DNA from: an uncultured bacterium
Lineage (GTDB): Bacteria > Hydrogenedentota > Hydrogenedentia > Hydrogenedentales > JAEUWI01
Reading direction: 5' to 3'
Assembly (NCBI GenBank): GCA_963977445.1
Contig: CAXBPH010000197.1
Span: forward strand, 1 to 13,225
DNA length: 13,225 nucleotides
The notes under the pieces are model-generated. The model saw only the letters and a program-made list of their open reading frames with translations, was not told the DNA's origin and made no database searches. Positions within the stretch are counted from its first letter, which is position 1; each line of letters opens with the position of its first letter. Shown here piece after piece: positions 1-10,304 of this stretch. The translations under genes and the position numbers were made by a program.

Positions 1-158
1 GCCAAAACGCCGGTTGCTACGTGACAATCGACGACGCCATAGATACCGGGCGTGCCGTCGGGCCGTATGACCTGGTCTTCACGAACGGAAATCCAAGGAT
101 TTTTATACTTCACCTCACTGGACAGGGTCTTCCAGGGATTGCGCTCGGGGTCATGCAT
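1..158 (-). CDS. NUDIX hydrolase (ADP-ribose pyrophosphatase-like), 5' part only; runs off the left edge
   Basis: Manual translation from ATG at 158: MHDPERNPWKTLSSEVKYKNPWISVREDQVIRPDGTPGIYGVVDCHVATGVL, open to the window edge. The NPW..LSS...Y.NPWI.VRED.V..PDG..GIYGVV pattern is typical of the N-terminus of ADPRase-type NUDIX proteins. The Nudix box itself lies outside the window. Confidence 0.8.
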   Translation of the reverse strand, partial: MHDPERNPWKTLSSEVKYKNPWISVREDQVIRPDGTPGIYGVVDCHVATGVL

Positions 159-190
159 GGAGAGTTAAACCCTTTTGGGGTAGTGGGAGC

Positions 191-286
191 AAAAAGTAAA
201 AGCCCGGTGGGCGGGGTAGACTCGGTGGACTGTGTGGACCGTTAGATTAGTCCACTTCGTCCACCGAGTCCACAATGTCCACCGGG
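191..286 (-). terminator. Probable intrinsic terminator of acs formed by the 9-mer hairpin
   Basis: The hairpin starts about 25 nt after the acs stop and is followed on the minus strand by CTTTTACTTTTT (191-202). Confidence 0.6.
203..286. repeat. Long imperfect inverted repeat made of 9-bp units: (NNN-GTGGAC-like)x4 / 10-nt loop / (GTCCAC-NNN)x4
   Basis: Left arm cccg-gtgggc-ggg-gtagac-tcg-gtggac-tgt-gtggac (203-239). Right arm gtccac-ttc-gtccac-cga-gtccac-aat-gtccac-cggg (250-286). Confidence 0.9.
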
Positions 287-310
287 TCTGACGCTATTCT
301 CTACCTTGTC

Positions 311-2269
311 TTATTGCTCGTCGGTCTCGCGGAGCTTGGCCAGCACGTTGAAGTCTTCGAGCGTGGTGGTGTCCTGGGTGGTTTCATTGCCTGATGCGAT
401 GTCGCGAAGCAGACGACGCATGATTTTTCCGGAGCGCGTCTTGGGCAGGGAATCGGTGAAGCGAATCTGGTCGGGCTTGGCAATCGCACCGATTTCTTTC
501 GCCACGTGTTCCCGCAGTTTTTGCTTGGCGTCATCACTGGGGTCGGCACCGGAACGAAGGGAGACGAAGGCACAGATACCCTGGCCTTTGACGTCGTGGG
601 GGAAGCCAACCACCGCAGCTTCGGCCACGAATTCACTCGAAACGAGGGCCGACTCGATTTCCATCGTTCCCAGGCGGTGCCCGGAGACGTTGATGACGTC
701 ATCGAGGCGTCCAATAATCATGTAGTAGCCATCTTTGGCACAGAAGGCACCGTCGCCGGTCAGGTACCAGCCCTGTTTGGCGAATTTCTCAAAGTAGACT
801 TCCTTGAAGCGCTCGTCATCGCCATAGAGGGTGCGGAGCATGGCGGGCCAGGGTTCTTTAATGACCAGAAGTCCGCTGTGACCCAACTCCACTTCGTCCC
901 CATCTTCCGTGACGATGGCCGGTTCGATGCCGAAAAAGGGAACTCCGGCCGATCCAGGTTTGGCCGGCATGGCCCCGGGCAACGTCGAGATCATGATCCC
1001 GCCGGTCTCTGTCTGCCACCACGTATCCACGATGGGACAACGCTCGTGTCCAATATGCTTGTGGTACCAGATCCAGGCTTCGGGGTTGATGGGCTCGCCC
1101 ACCGTGCCGAGTAAGCGCAGGCTGCTCAGATCATACTTGGCCGGATGCTCGTCGCCCCATTTGGCAAAGGCACGGATGGCCGTGGGTGCGGTGTAGAAGA
1201 TATTGACCTTATACTTGTCCACGATCTGCCAGAAGCGATCAGGCCCGGGATGGTTGGGAGCGCCCTCATACATGACCGAGGTCGCCCCATTGGTGAGGAT
1301 ACCGTAGACAATATAGCTGTGACCGGTAACCCACCCGATATCTGCGGTGCACCAATAGGTGTCTTCTTCTTTAAGATCGAAGACATGTTTTGAGGTGAGG
1401 TACGTTCCCACCATGTAGCCGCCGGTCGTGTGGAGGATGCCCTTGGGCTTTCCCGTGGAGCCAGAGGTGTACAGAATGTAGAGGGGGTCTTCGGCATCCA
1501 GCTCTTCCGCGGGGCATTCGCCGGATGCGTCGGCCATGAGGTCGTGCCACCAGTGGTCCCGGCCGGCTTCCATGGTAACTTCGTTGTTGGTCCGCTGTAC
1601 CACGAGCACGTTTTTGACGGTAGGGCAACTTTCGAGGGCTTCGTCGACGGCCTCTTTCAGCGCGACCACGCCCCCACGCCGCCATCCGCCATCGGCGGTG
1701 ATGACGCAACTTACGTCGGCATCCTGCACGCGGTCACGAATGGCCGCTGCGGAGAAGCCGCCAAAGATGATGGAGTGAATGGCACCGATGCGTGCGCAGG
1801 CGAGCATGGCGATGGCCAGCTCGGGCACCATGGGCATATAGATCGCCACACGGTCGCCCTTCTTCACGCCAAGCCCTTTTAAGGCATTGGCGGCCTGGCA
1901 GACCCGGTGGTGCAATTGCTGATAGGTCAGGGTAACCTGATCACCCGGTTCGCCCTCCCAGATGATGGCGGCTTTATTCTTGCGGGCCGTGGTGAGGTGG
2001 CGATCGAGGCAATTGTAGGCGATATTGGTCGTGCCCCCCTCAAACCATTTCACATGGGGCATATTGTCTTTGTTACGGACCCGGTCCCACTTCTTGAACC
2101 AGTGCAGTTCACTGGCGACGTCGGCCCAGAAGCCATCGGGATCCTCAATGGATTTCTTATACAGCGCGTCGTATTCCGCCCGGGAAGCTACCGATGCGGC
2201 AGCGGCAAACTCGGCGGACGGCTCAAAGAGGCGACTCTCTTCAAGGACGTGTTCAATCTGTTGACTCAT
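311..2269 (-). CDS. acs: Acetyl-CoA synthetase (AMP-forming acetate--CoA ligase), 652 aa
   Basis: Motifs [49 protein letters not shown] and [11 protein letters not shown] (acetylatable catalytic Lys). Start moved from 2380 to the ATG at 2269 ([11 protein letters not shown]), which has a GGAG SD at 2277-2280. Confidence 0.97.
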   Translation of the reverse strand: MSQQIEHVLEESRLFEPSAEFAAAASVASRAEYDALYKKSIEDPDGFWADVASELHWFKKWDRVRNKDNMPHVKWFEGGTTNIAYNCLDRHLTTARKNKAAIIWEGEPGDQVTLTYQQLHHRVCQAANALKGLGVKKGDRVAIYMPMVPELAIAMLACARIGAIHSIIFGGFSAAAIRDRVQDADVSCVITADGGWRRGGVVALKEAVDEALESCPTVKNVLVVQRTNNEVTMEAGRDHWWHDLMADASGECPAEELDAEDPLYILYTSGSTGKPKGILHTTGGYMVGTYLTSKHVFDLKEEDTYWCTADIGWVTGHSYIVYGILTNGATSVMYEGAPNHPGPDRFWQIVDKYKVNIFYTAPTAIRAFAKWGDEHPAKYDLSSLRLLGTVGEPINPEAWIWYHKHIGHERCPIVDTWWQTETGGIMISTLPGAMPAKPGSAGVPFFGIEPAIVTEDGDEVELGHSGLLVIKEPWPAMLRTLYGDDERFKEVYFEKFAKQGWYLTGDGAFCAKDGYYMIIGRLDDVINVSGHRLGTMEIESALVSSEFVAEAAVVGFPHDVKGQGICAFVSLRSGADPSDDAKQKLREHVAKEIGAIAKPDQIRFTDSLPKTRSGKIMRRLLRDIASGNETTQDTTTLEDFNVLAKLRETDEQ

Positions 2270-2419
2270 GATTCTTCTCCATTCAGTACATCTAGATAAT
2301 GCTGTGGCGTAGGGCGCACGGCGATTTCTGCCCGAGTGGGGTCCGGTATATGTCCCTGCCTTGAGACGGAACCCCGCCAATCGCTATTTGGCGTAGCAGA
2401 ATATTGTTAGAAAGGGGTT

Positions 2420-2447
2420 ATTGTACACAATTTCGGCTTGAATTCAA
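2420..2447 (-). promoter_or_regulatory. Candidate sigma70-type promoter for acs
   Basis: Minus strand TTGAAT (2447-2442) - 16 nt - TACAAT (2425-2420), with TGTG immediately before the -10, in an AT-rich intergenic patch. Confidence 0.45.
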
Positions 2448-2465
2448 TGAAAGCCGACCAGCGCG

Positions 2466-5099
2466 TCAACTTGCGTTGTCATTCCGGGTGCGATCCAGGA
2501 CCTCGACGATATCCTCGTAGCCAGCGGCCTCGGCGGCCTGATAGGGCGTTTGTCCCTGTGATTTGATGTCTACATTGGCCTGGTGGCTTACCAGAAGCTC
2601 GACCAGGGCCACGTCGGCACGGCCCACGGCCTGGTGGAGGGGCATTCTGCCTTCACGGGTCGGCGCGTTCACGTCGGCACCTGCAGCGACCAACAGCGCC
2701 GCCATGGGAAGATTTCCGGCACTCACCGCCATGTGGAGTGGTGTCAGCTCGGACGGTCCCCAGCGCATACGGATACTCTCGGGCCAATAGTGGATAACCT
2801 GCTTCAATCGCTTAATATCGTTTTCCTGAACGGCCTGAAAGATGTCGAGAGCTCGGCCTTTTTCACCGGGTGCCATGTCGGCTTCGGACTCGCCGGGAAA
2901 CCCCGCCCTTGACAGGTCGGAAAGTTGCCCTTCCACTTCCTGCAGCAGCATGACGACACGGGCGTGGCCCTGGTCCAAGGCAAACTCGCAGGCGGAGTTG
3001 CCCTCCCTGGAAATCGCGCGCACTTCGGCACCATGATTGAGCAGCAAGCGGACCAGTTCCAGGTCGCCTCCCCGAGCCGCATACATGAGGGGCGTCATAC
3101 CCCGTGTGTTACTCAGGTTAACTTGCGCCTTGTATTCAATAAGGAGACGGGCCATTCCCGAATTCGAATTCCGGGCGGCCTGCAGCAAGGGTGTCCAGCG
3201 CTCATGTCGGGTGCGGGCATCGACACAACCGGGGCTCTCTGTCAGTATGGTGAGGGCGTGGGGCGGGTCATCTTCCTTAACCGCCTTAAAGAGGGCGTAG
3301 CCCGAGGCCTGTTGGACCACAAAGGACTCGGCAAAGGCGACCATTTCCTTGCGGCCAAGGGTTGTCGCATAACTCATGAGGTCGGTGCCCTCGGCGTCAA
3401 TCTGATCAATCCGAGCGCCACCTTCCAGGAGCAGCTTAACCATGGCAAGGTTGTTTTCATCCACGGCATAGGCGATAGCCGATTTTCCTTCATTGCTCCG
3501 TGCGTGCACATCCGCATCGTGTTCGAGCAGTATGCGGGCCATTTCCATCTGGTCAGACCGGACGGCAATCAGCAGGGGTGTCCAGCGGGTGCGTTTTGAA
3601 TGGACATTGACGCTACGGGGCACCTGCACGACGATTTCTTTCAGTCGGGCGAGGTCACCCCGGGCGACGACTTCCAGGATATCCATGCAGGCGGACAGAC
3701 GCTTCTCGCGCTTGTGCAGGTAGGCCGCGAGTTCCGTGTGGCCCTGGCGCTCGGCCATTTCGGCGGGTTTCTCTTTGTTGTCAAAGGGGGCACTCACGTC
3801 GGCACCGGCGTTCAGGAGACGACGGGCTAGATCTTGATTACCACGGAGCACCGCAATGCGCAGGGCGCACATACCGTCGCGGGCGTGATGGTGTACATCG
3901 GCACCCTGGTCAATGAATCGACGAACGAGGGTGTCATCTTCCTGCTTCACGGCCATCATCAACGCGTGGGCACCATCTTTGGGTGCCAGATTAACGTCGG
4001 CGTTGTGATTGAGCAGCAGGTTGACCACGTCGTTGTGTTGTTCACGCAAGGCGATCATCAACGCAGTCCAGCCACGGTTATCCTGCTGATTTACGTTGGC
4101 ACCGGCGTGGAGCAGCCCCGCCACGATCTCGATATGCCCCTCTCGGGAGGCAATGAGCAGGGGCGTTTCATTGTGAACGGTAATGGGATCGACGGGCACC
4201 CCTTTGGATAGCAGAAAAGCGGCGACGCCTGGATGGCCGTTTTGAGAGGCGCTGTAGAGCGGGGTTTCACCCTGTTCTGTAGCGAGTCCCAGATCGGCGT
4301 TGTGCTCGTAGAGCGCCTGTAAGACCTGCAGGTCGCCGTGACTGGCCGCATAAATGGCGGCCGTATATCCCTGATCGTCAAAGGCATTGGGGTCGGCTCC
4401 CCGTTTCAGTTTTTGCTGTATGAGGGTGTTTGAACGCTCCTGGACCGCTTCCTGGAGCCCCACCACATTGCGCCGTGACACCCAGAACCAGAGCGCCCCA
4501 GCCGCACCCAATAGAACCAAGACCCCAAGGACAACGACCACTATGATACCGCCCGATAGGCCCTGCCCACGGTTTATCGAGGTGCCCACCAAATCCACGA
4601 GTTGGGTCGTGGCGCGGCTGAGGGCGTCACCGGCACTGGTCTCCGGTGAAATGGAATCCTGCGCCTGCTTCACGACACGACGGCTGCGGGCAAAAAAATC
4701 ACTGTCCCAGGCACCACCCAGGGCGATGCAGAGTTGTTTGTCCTCTTCGACGAGCAGGAGGAGCAAGGCGTTATCTGTCGACGGGTCGCCCGCAGCACCA
4801 AGGTGTTTTTGCAGTTCGGTGAGAAGCAAGGCGGCGTAGGTCTCCGCCTGTAGCTCTTGTGCACCGATCTCTACCAGGGAGGGCAATGCGACAACATACA
4901 GCGGTGTCCCAAAGTCGGTCGCACACACTTTCAGGGCCTGATTGATCGCTGTCTGCTGGTCCGGCATCAACACGCTCTGGGGATCTACCATGGGGCTGGA
5001 CCAATCCGCCCAGGACGTGTCGTCTTGTGACTCCGCCACGAAGGGGACAACCGTCGCCATCGCGATCATCACGAAAACCCATAGAACCCATTTCGGCAC
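2466..5099 (-). CDS. Membrane protein: signal peptide + TPM (DUF477)-like domain + TM helix + about 20 ankyrin repeats, 877 aa
   Basis: Hydrophobic N-terminus; TPM-like segment (VDPQSVL..DQQTAINQAL...GTPLYVVALPSL...YA..L...DNALLLLLVEEDKQLCIALGGAW); TM GIIVVVVLGVLVLLGAAGALWFWV followed by SRR; many G.TPL..A...G...V..LL..GA.VN repeats. GTG start with an upstream GGGAG SD. Confidence 0.88.
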   Translation of the reverse strand: MPKWVLWVFVMIAMATVVPFVAESQDDTSWADWSSPMVDPQSVLMPDQQTAINQALKVCATDFGTPLYVVALPSLVEIGAQELQAETYAALLLTELQKHLGAAGDPSTDNALLLLLVEEDKQLCIALGGAWDSDFFARSRRVVKQAQDSISPETSAGDALSRATTQLVDLVGTSINRGQGLSGGIIVVVVLGVLVLLGAAGALWFWVSRRNVVGLQEAVQERSNTLIQQKLKRGADPNAFDDQGYTAAIYAASHGDLQVLQALYEHNADLGLATEQGETPLYSASQNGHPGVAAFLLSKGVPVDPITVHNETPLLIASREGHIEIVAGLLHAGANVNQQDNRGWTALMIALREQHNDVVNLLLNHNADVNLAPKDGAHALMMAVKQEDDTLVRRFIDQGADVHHHARDGMCALRIAVLRGNQDLARRLLNAGADVSAPFDNKEKPAEMAERQGHTELAAYLHKREKRLSACMDILEVVARGDLARLKEIVVQVPRSVNVHSKRTRWTPLLIAVRSDQMEMARILLEHDADVHARSNEGKSAIAYAVDENNLAMVKLLLEGGARIDQIDAEGTDLMSYATTLGRKEMVAFAESFVVQQASGYALFKAVKEDDPPHALTILTESPGCVDARTRHERWTPLLQAARNSNSGMARLLIEYKAQVNLSNTRGMTPLMYAARGGDLELVRLLLNHGAEVRAISREGNSACEFALDQGHARVVMLLQEVEGQLSDLSRAGFPGESEADMAPGEKGRALDIFQAVQENDIKRLKQVIHYWPESIRMRWGPSELTPLHMAVSAGNLPMAALLVAAGADVNAPTREGRMPLHQAVGRADVALVELLVSHQANVDIKSQGQTPYQAAEAAGYEDIVEVLDRTRNDNAS

Positions 5100-5150
5100 A
5101 ATTTTGCTCCCAATCTTACACTACAGGGTCGTAATCTGACGCCCAATTGC

Positions 5151-5663
5151 CTACGATCTCGATTCTGATGTCACCAACTCAAGGTAAGAATACTCCTGAT
5201 GGGCATCGTCCCCTATTTTGAACGCTTCGATCAAGAAAGCCAACTTTTTCACACCATCCGCATCATCATGTTCATCGTCTAATACCGCTTCAAACTCGAT
5301 AAATGAGCCCAACCCTTTTACGGTATCCAAGTGGATACGGACGTTCTTCCATAGATAAAGACTGCGCAATTTATCCACAACGGCCTCGACGCCCAACACC
5401 TCGGATAACATAATTTTCAGGGTAGCCTGGACAGGTTCCAGGCGGTAGTCGCACCCTTTTGGCCCAGCGACGTCGGGGCGATGGTAGGAGACGAGTTCTG
5501 TTGGTCCGGGCTGGGCCTCACGCAGTTTGAGCCGACCGGAGGGGACCGTGAAATAGGTATCCAACTGGTGGATGTCGCCTTCAAATCTGGCCCCAATTGA
5601 TTCACAAACTGCAATGGCATTGGCTCGATCATCACATCGCGCCTTCATTTCTATATTTCGCAT
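5151..5663 (-). CDS. CYTH-domain protein (class IV adenylate cyclase CyaB-like / triphosphate tunnel metalloenzyme), 170 aa
   Basis: N-terminal NIEMKAR (variant of EXEXK), QLDTYF, GRLKLRE, VDKLR, RIHLDTVKGLGSFIEFE and C-terminal SYLEL. Cyclase activity is not demonstrated. Confidence 0.88.
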   Translation of the reverse strand: MRNIEMKARCDDRANAIAVCESIGARFEGDIHQLDTYFTVPSGRLKLREAQPGPTELVSYHRPDVAGPKGCDYRLEPVQATLKIMLSEVLGVEAVVDKLRSLYLWKNVRIHLDTVKGLGSFIEFEAVLDDEHDDADGVKKLAFLIEAFKIGDDAHQEYSYLELVTSESRS

Positions 5664-5697
5664 GTTCGTAACCTTGAACTTTCCGATTCCACGGCCC

Positions 5698-7755
5698 TCA
5701 ATCCAACCATCGACTGAGTACCGTGTCTATTTCCTCTCGACGCACTGGCTTGGACAGATAGTCGTTCATTCCTGCGTTGGTGCAGCGATCACGGTCCGAT
5801 GCCATGGCATTGGCAGTCATGGCGACGATAACCGTATTCTTCGCTTCCGTTTTGAGTTTCCGAATTTCCTGGGTTGCCGTGAAGCCGTCCATCACCGGCA
5901 TTTCACAATCCATGAATACGAGGTTATAGCCTCCCTCCCGGACGGCATCCAGGGCTTCTTGGCCGTTGCAGACACAACTGCTCTCCACGCCAAGACGCGC
6001 CAGGAGTTTTGTCGCCACTTTCTGGTTAATGGCGTTGTCATCGGCAATAAGAATCCGCATTTTTCCACGGGCTTCTTTCCGGGCGTCGTCGGATTCGAAT
6101 CGTTTGACCTCGTTGTTTGCCCCTTCGCCCGACGTTACGTTCAAAATCTGGGCGAGTTTCCGGGCGAGAACCTGGAATCGAACGGGCTCCGTTAATTCCG
6201 TTACGAAACCCGCCTGCTGCACCCGCTCCTCTCCCCAACGCTGCGTAAGTTGGCCCAACAATACAATGGGTGAACTTGTTTTTATCCGGGGAGGAAGGAG
6301 TGTCGCAGGATCTTCATCCGTCACCCGTTGCAGCGGGGCCTCAATGACGACATCCCATCCGGCGTCCGTATCTGTTTCTGGCGTCATAAGCTCGCAGTCG
6401 GCACCCAACGCCTTCAGATAGTCGCCCAGAATTCGCTGTCGGGTTGGGTGGACATCGGCCAACAAGACGCGCTTCCCTGAGAAAAGGGGAACCCATGGGG
6501 ATGGAGCGGCCGAAGTGGGCAGATCGAAGTGCGCCGTAAACCAGAATTCCGAGCCCTCTCCCGCCTCCGAGGTGACGTTGATCTCGCCTGCCATCAGCGA
6601 TACGAGTTGTCGAGAAATCGCCAGCCCCAGACCGGTGCCGCCAAAGTTTCGCGTGGTCGACAGGTCGGCCTGCTCAAAGGCCTGAAACAGCTTTTCCTGG
6701 GCGCTTTTGGGAATACCGATGCCCGTGTCACGAATAGCAAAGCGAAAGGTAACGCCTGCTTCGTCTTGCACAATCACGCGAACGGTGGTCGTAACTTCGC
6801 CATGTTCGGTAAACTTAACCGCGTTACTTGCCAGATTTACGAGTATTTGTCGCAGGCGTCCCGGGTCACCCATCACGGTTATGGGAGAACCGGGATTGAC
6901 ATGGGTTGCGAGCATCAAGCCCTTCTCCTGCCCCTTAATGCTAACCATTTCGATAGCTTCCTCGACAATATCCATGAGATTGAAGGCGATGGATTCGAGC
7001 TGCATTTTGCCCGCTTCAATTTTGGAGTAGTCGAGGATATCGTTGATGATACTGAGGAGTGCTTCGCCCGAGAAGACGGCAGACTGGACGAGATCACGCT
7101 GCTCTTCGGTGAGTTCTGTGTCGAGCAGGAGATTATTCATGCCCAACACGCCGTTCAGGGGCGTACGAATTTCGTGGCTCATACTTGCGAGAAACTGGGC
7201 TTTGGCAACCGCACCGAGTTCCGCCGCCATAGCCAACTCATTGGCCCGGCCTATGGCCTCTTCCAACTGATTGTTCAGTTCCCGGGATTCTTCGTAGGCC
7301 CCAGCCAGGGACGCTTCCGCATCTCTTCGAACTTCCGCTTCATGCTTCAGGCGCTGCTGATTCCGTTTGAGCTCACAAAAAATATTTACCTTGGTTTTCA
7401 AGACAAAGGGATCAGGGGGCTTGTTGAGGAAATCCACCGCCCCCACTTCGTAACCACGGTGCTGATAAGCGTCTCCGCCGGATCCCATGTGCGTTAAAAA
7501 CAAAATGGGAATATGGGCCACGCTGTCGGTCAGTCGAATTTTCTCGGCCAGTTGAAAGCCGTCCATGCCCGGCATTTGGACATCCATCAGAATAACTGCG
7601 AAATCATACTCTGAGACCCGTTGGAGGGCCTGCTCACCATCTATCGCCTGGACGGTAATGAGGTCCATATCCTTAAGCAGACGCTCCATCGCGACCATGT
7701 CTTCCGGGGAATCATCGACCAGCAGGATGTAGGGGCGCTCTTCAATATCATTCAC
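5698..7755 (-). CDS. Cytoplasmic hybrid histidine kinase: REC - coiled coil - HisKA - HATPase_c - degenerate REC - REC, 685 aa
   Basis: N-terminal REC ([24 protein letters not shown]); H-box [16 protein letters not shown]-box [15 protein letters not shown] boxes DTGIGI and GGTGLGL; C-terminal REC ([22 protein letters not shown]). GTG start with GGAG SD. No TM segment seen. Confidence 0.95.
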   Translation of the reverse strand: MNDIEERPYILLVDDSPEDMVAMERLLKDMDLITVQAIDGEQALQRVSEYDFAVILMDVQMPGMDGFQLAEKIRLTDSVAHIPILFLTHMGSGGDAYQHRGYEVGAVDFLNKPPDPFVLKTKVNIFCELKRNQQRLKHEAEVRRDAEASLAGAYEESRELNNQLEEAIGRANELAMAAELGAVAKAQFLASMSHEIRTPLNGVLGMNNLLLDTELTEEQRDLVQSAVFSGEALLSIINDILDYSKIEAGKMQLESIAFNLMDIVEEAIEMVSIKGQEKGLMLATHVNPGSPITVMGDPGRLRQILVNLASNAVKFTEHGEVTTTVRVIVQDEAGVTFRFAIRDTGIGIPKSAQEKLFQAFEQADLSTTRNFGGTGLGLAISRQLVSLMAGEINVTSEAGEGSEFWFTAHFDLPTSAAPSPWVPLFSGKRVLLADVHPTRQRILGDYLKALGADCELMTPETDTDAGWDVVIEAPLQRVTDEDPATLLPPRIKTSSPIVLLGQLTQRWGEERVQQAGFVTELTEPVRFQVLARKLAQILNVTSGEGANNEVKRFESDDARKEARGKMRILIADDNAINQKVATKLLARLGVESSCVCNGQEALDAVREGGYNLVFMDCEMPVMDGFTATQEIRKLKTEAKNTVIVAMTANAMASDRDRCTNAGMNDYLSKPVRREEIDTVLSRWLD

Positions 7756-7882
7756 GTTCTATTGTCTCCGACCAGCCCCGATTCACTACGAAAAACCACT
7801 CCCCCTACTTGCGACGTTGCCGCTATCGAAACAAGCTCAGGCCATCGAAAACGCCACCAATACATCTTCGAAAACCGGCGGC

Positions 7883-7891
7883 AGTATAGCA
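7883..7891 (-). promoter_or_regulatory. Possible extended -10 promoter for the kinase-CYTH-ankyrin cluster
   Basis: Minus strand TGcTATACT about 130 nt upstream of the kinase start and downstream of the groEL terminator. No clear -35. Confidence 0.3.
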
Positions 7892-7989
7892 CGCTCCGGG
7901 TATAATTCCCTCGATAAATCTGCCGTCGGCACTTCGCTCCACGTGGCGGACCACCGCGGCTGCACCCTTCCCACGGGCTCTCGGATACG

Positions 7990-8028
7990 AAAAAAGCCGC
8001 TTGTGACTCCGTAGGGTCACAAGCGGCT
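7990..8028 (-). terminator. Rho-independent terminator of groES-groEL
   Basis: 13-bp perfect stem AGCCGCTTGTGAC (7995-8007) / GTCACAAGCGGCT (8016-8028), followed on the minus strand by a T run (A6 at 7990-7995), about 45 nt after the groEL stop. Confidence 0.9.
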
Positions 8029-8072
8029 GGGGTATCCATATTCGCTGTTTCCAGCTTGCCTTGAGGGCAATA

Positions 8073-10029
<1,957 letters not shown>

Positions 10030-10128
10030 GGTCGATCTCCTTGTATTGTTTTCTGTTGATTGGTTAGCAAAAGGCTCGCTCCGCCCACGCGGGGGAGCGC
10101 GATTTGACACTGGGTCGCGGGGAGCTTG

Positions 10129-10155
10129 TTAGCACTCACCCGTGGGGAGTGATAA
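10129..10155. promoter_or_regulatory. CIRCE element (HrcA operator)
   Basis: TTAGCACTC-ACCCGTGGG-GAGTGATAA versus the consensus TTAGCACTC-N9-GAGTGCTAA (one mismatch), directly upstream of groES. Confidence 0.93.
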
Positions 10156-10181
10156 TAACAGCCTTTCCCGTCCGTTGTCAA
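10152..10181 (-). promoter_or_regulatory. Housekeeping sigma70/sigmaA promoter of groESL
   Basis: Minus strand TTGACA (10181-10176) - 18 nt - TATTAT (10157-10152), with an extended TGn motif. The -10 overlaps one CIRCE arm. Confidence 0.8.
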
Positions 10182-10245
10182 TCCGTTTTCCGCCCTTTTC
10201 CTGTCACCTGCTCCAGGGGGCCGGCGGGCACGTAATCGAGTGGCG

Positions 10246-10283
10246 AAAAAGGTCGGGCGACGGCTGATACGACCGTCGCCCGA
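10246..10283 (-). terminator. Rho-independent terminator of the surface-protein gene
   Basis: 11-bp stem TCGGGCGACGG (10253-10263) / CCGTCGCCCGA (10273-10283), followed on the minus strand by CCTTTTT, about 20 nt after the stop at 10305. Confidence 0.8.
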
Positions 10284-10304
10284 ATGGAAGTGCAAGGGTA
10301 AACG

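Noticed and set aside
21..245. 74-aa plus-strand ORF ending VDSVDCVDR
   Set aside because: Antisense to the NUDIX start. Its VD repeats simply translate the 9-bp GTGGAC repeat.
203..286. Possible mini-CRISPR array
   Set aside because: Units are 6 bp with 3-bp spacers in inverted arrangement, far from CRISPR dimensions, and no cas genes are present.
2270..2380. 37-aa N-terminal extension of Acs in the ORF track
   Set aside because: The ATG at 2269 has a GGAG SD and gives a typical Acs length; the extension is not Acs-like.
2270..2465. CRP-cAMP site linking the CYTH protein to acs regulation
   Set aside because: No TGTGA-N6-TCACA match was found upstream of acs, and many CYTH proteins are triphosphatases rather than cyclases.
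6529..7497. 322-aa plus-strand ORF; likewise 11266-12171, 2925-3599 and 506-1114
   Set aside because: All are antisense to well-supported minus-strand genes and show no recognisable domains.
7752..8039. Short ORFs in the kinase-groEL intergenic region and a plus-strand TATAAT at 7901
   Set aside because: The ORFs overlap the terminator and lack coding features. The TATAAT has no -35 and no plus-strand gene to drive.
10064..10090. Second CIRCE starting TTAGCA
   Set aside because: Only 6 bases of one arm match and there is no second arm.
10030..10110. 27-aa N-terminal extension of GroES in the ORF track
   Set aside because: The ATG at 10029 has an AAGGAG SD and yields the canonical 95-aa GroES.
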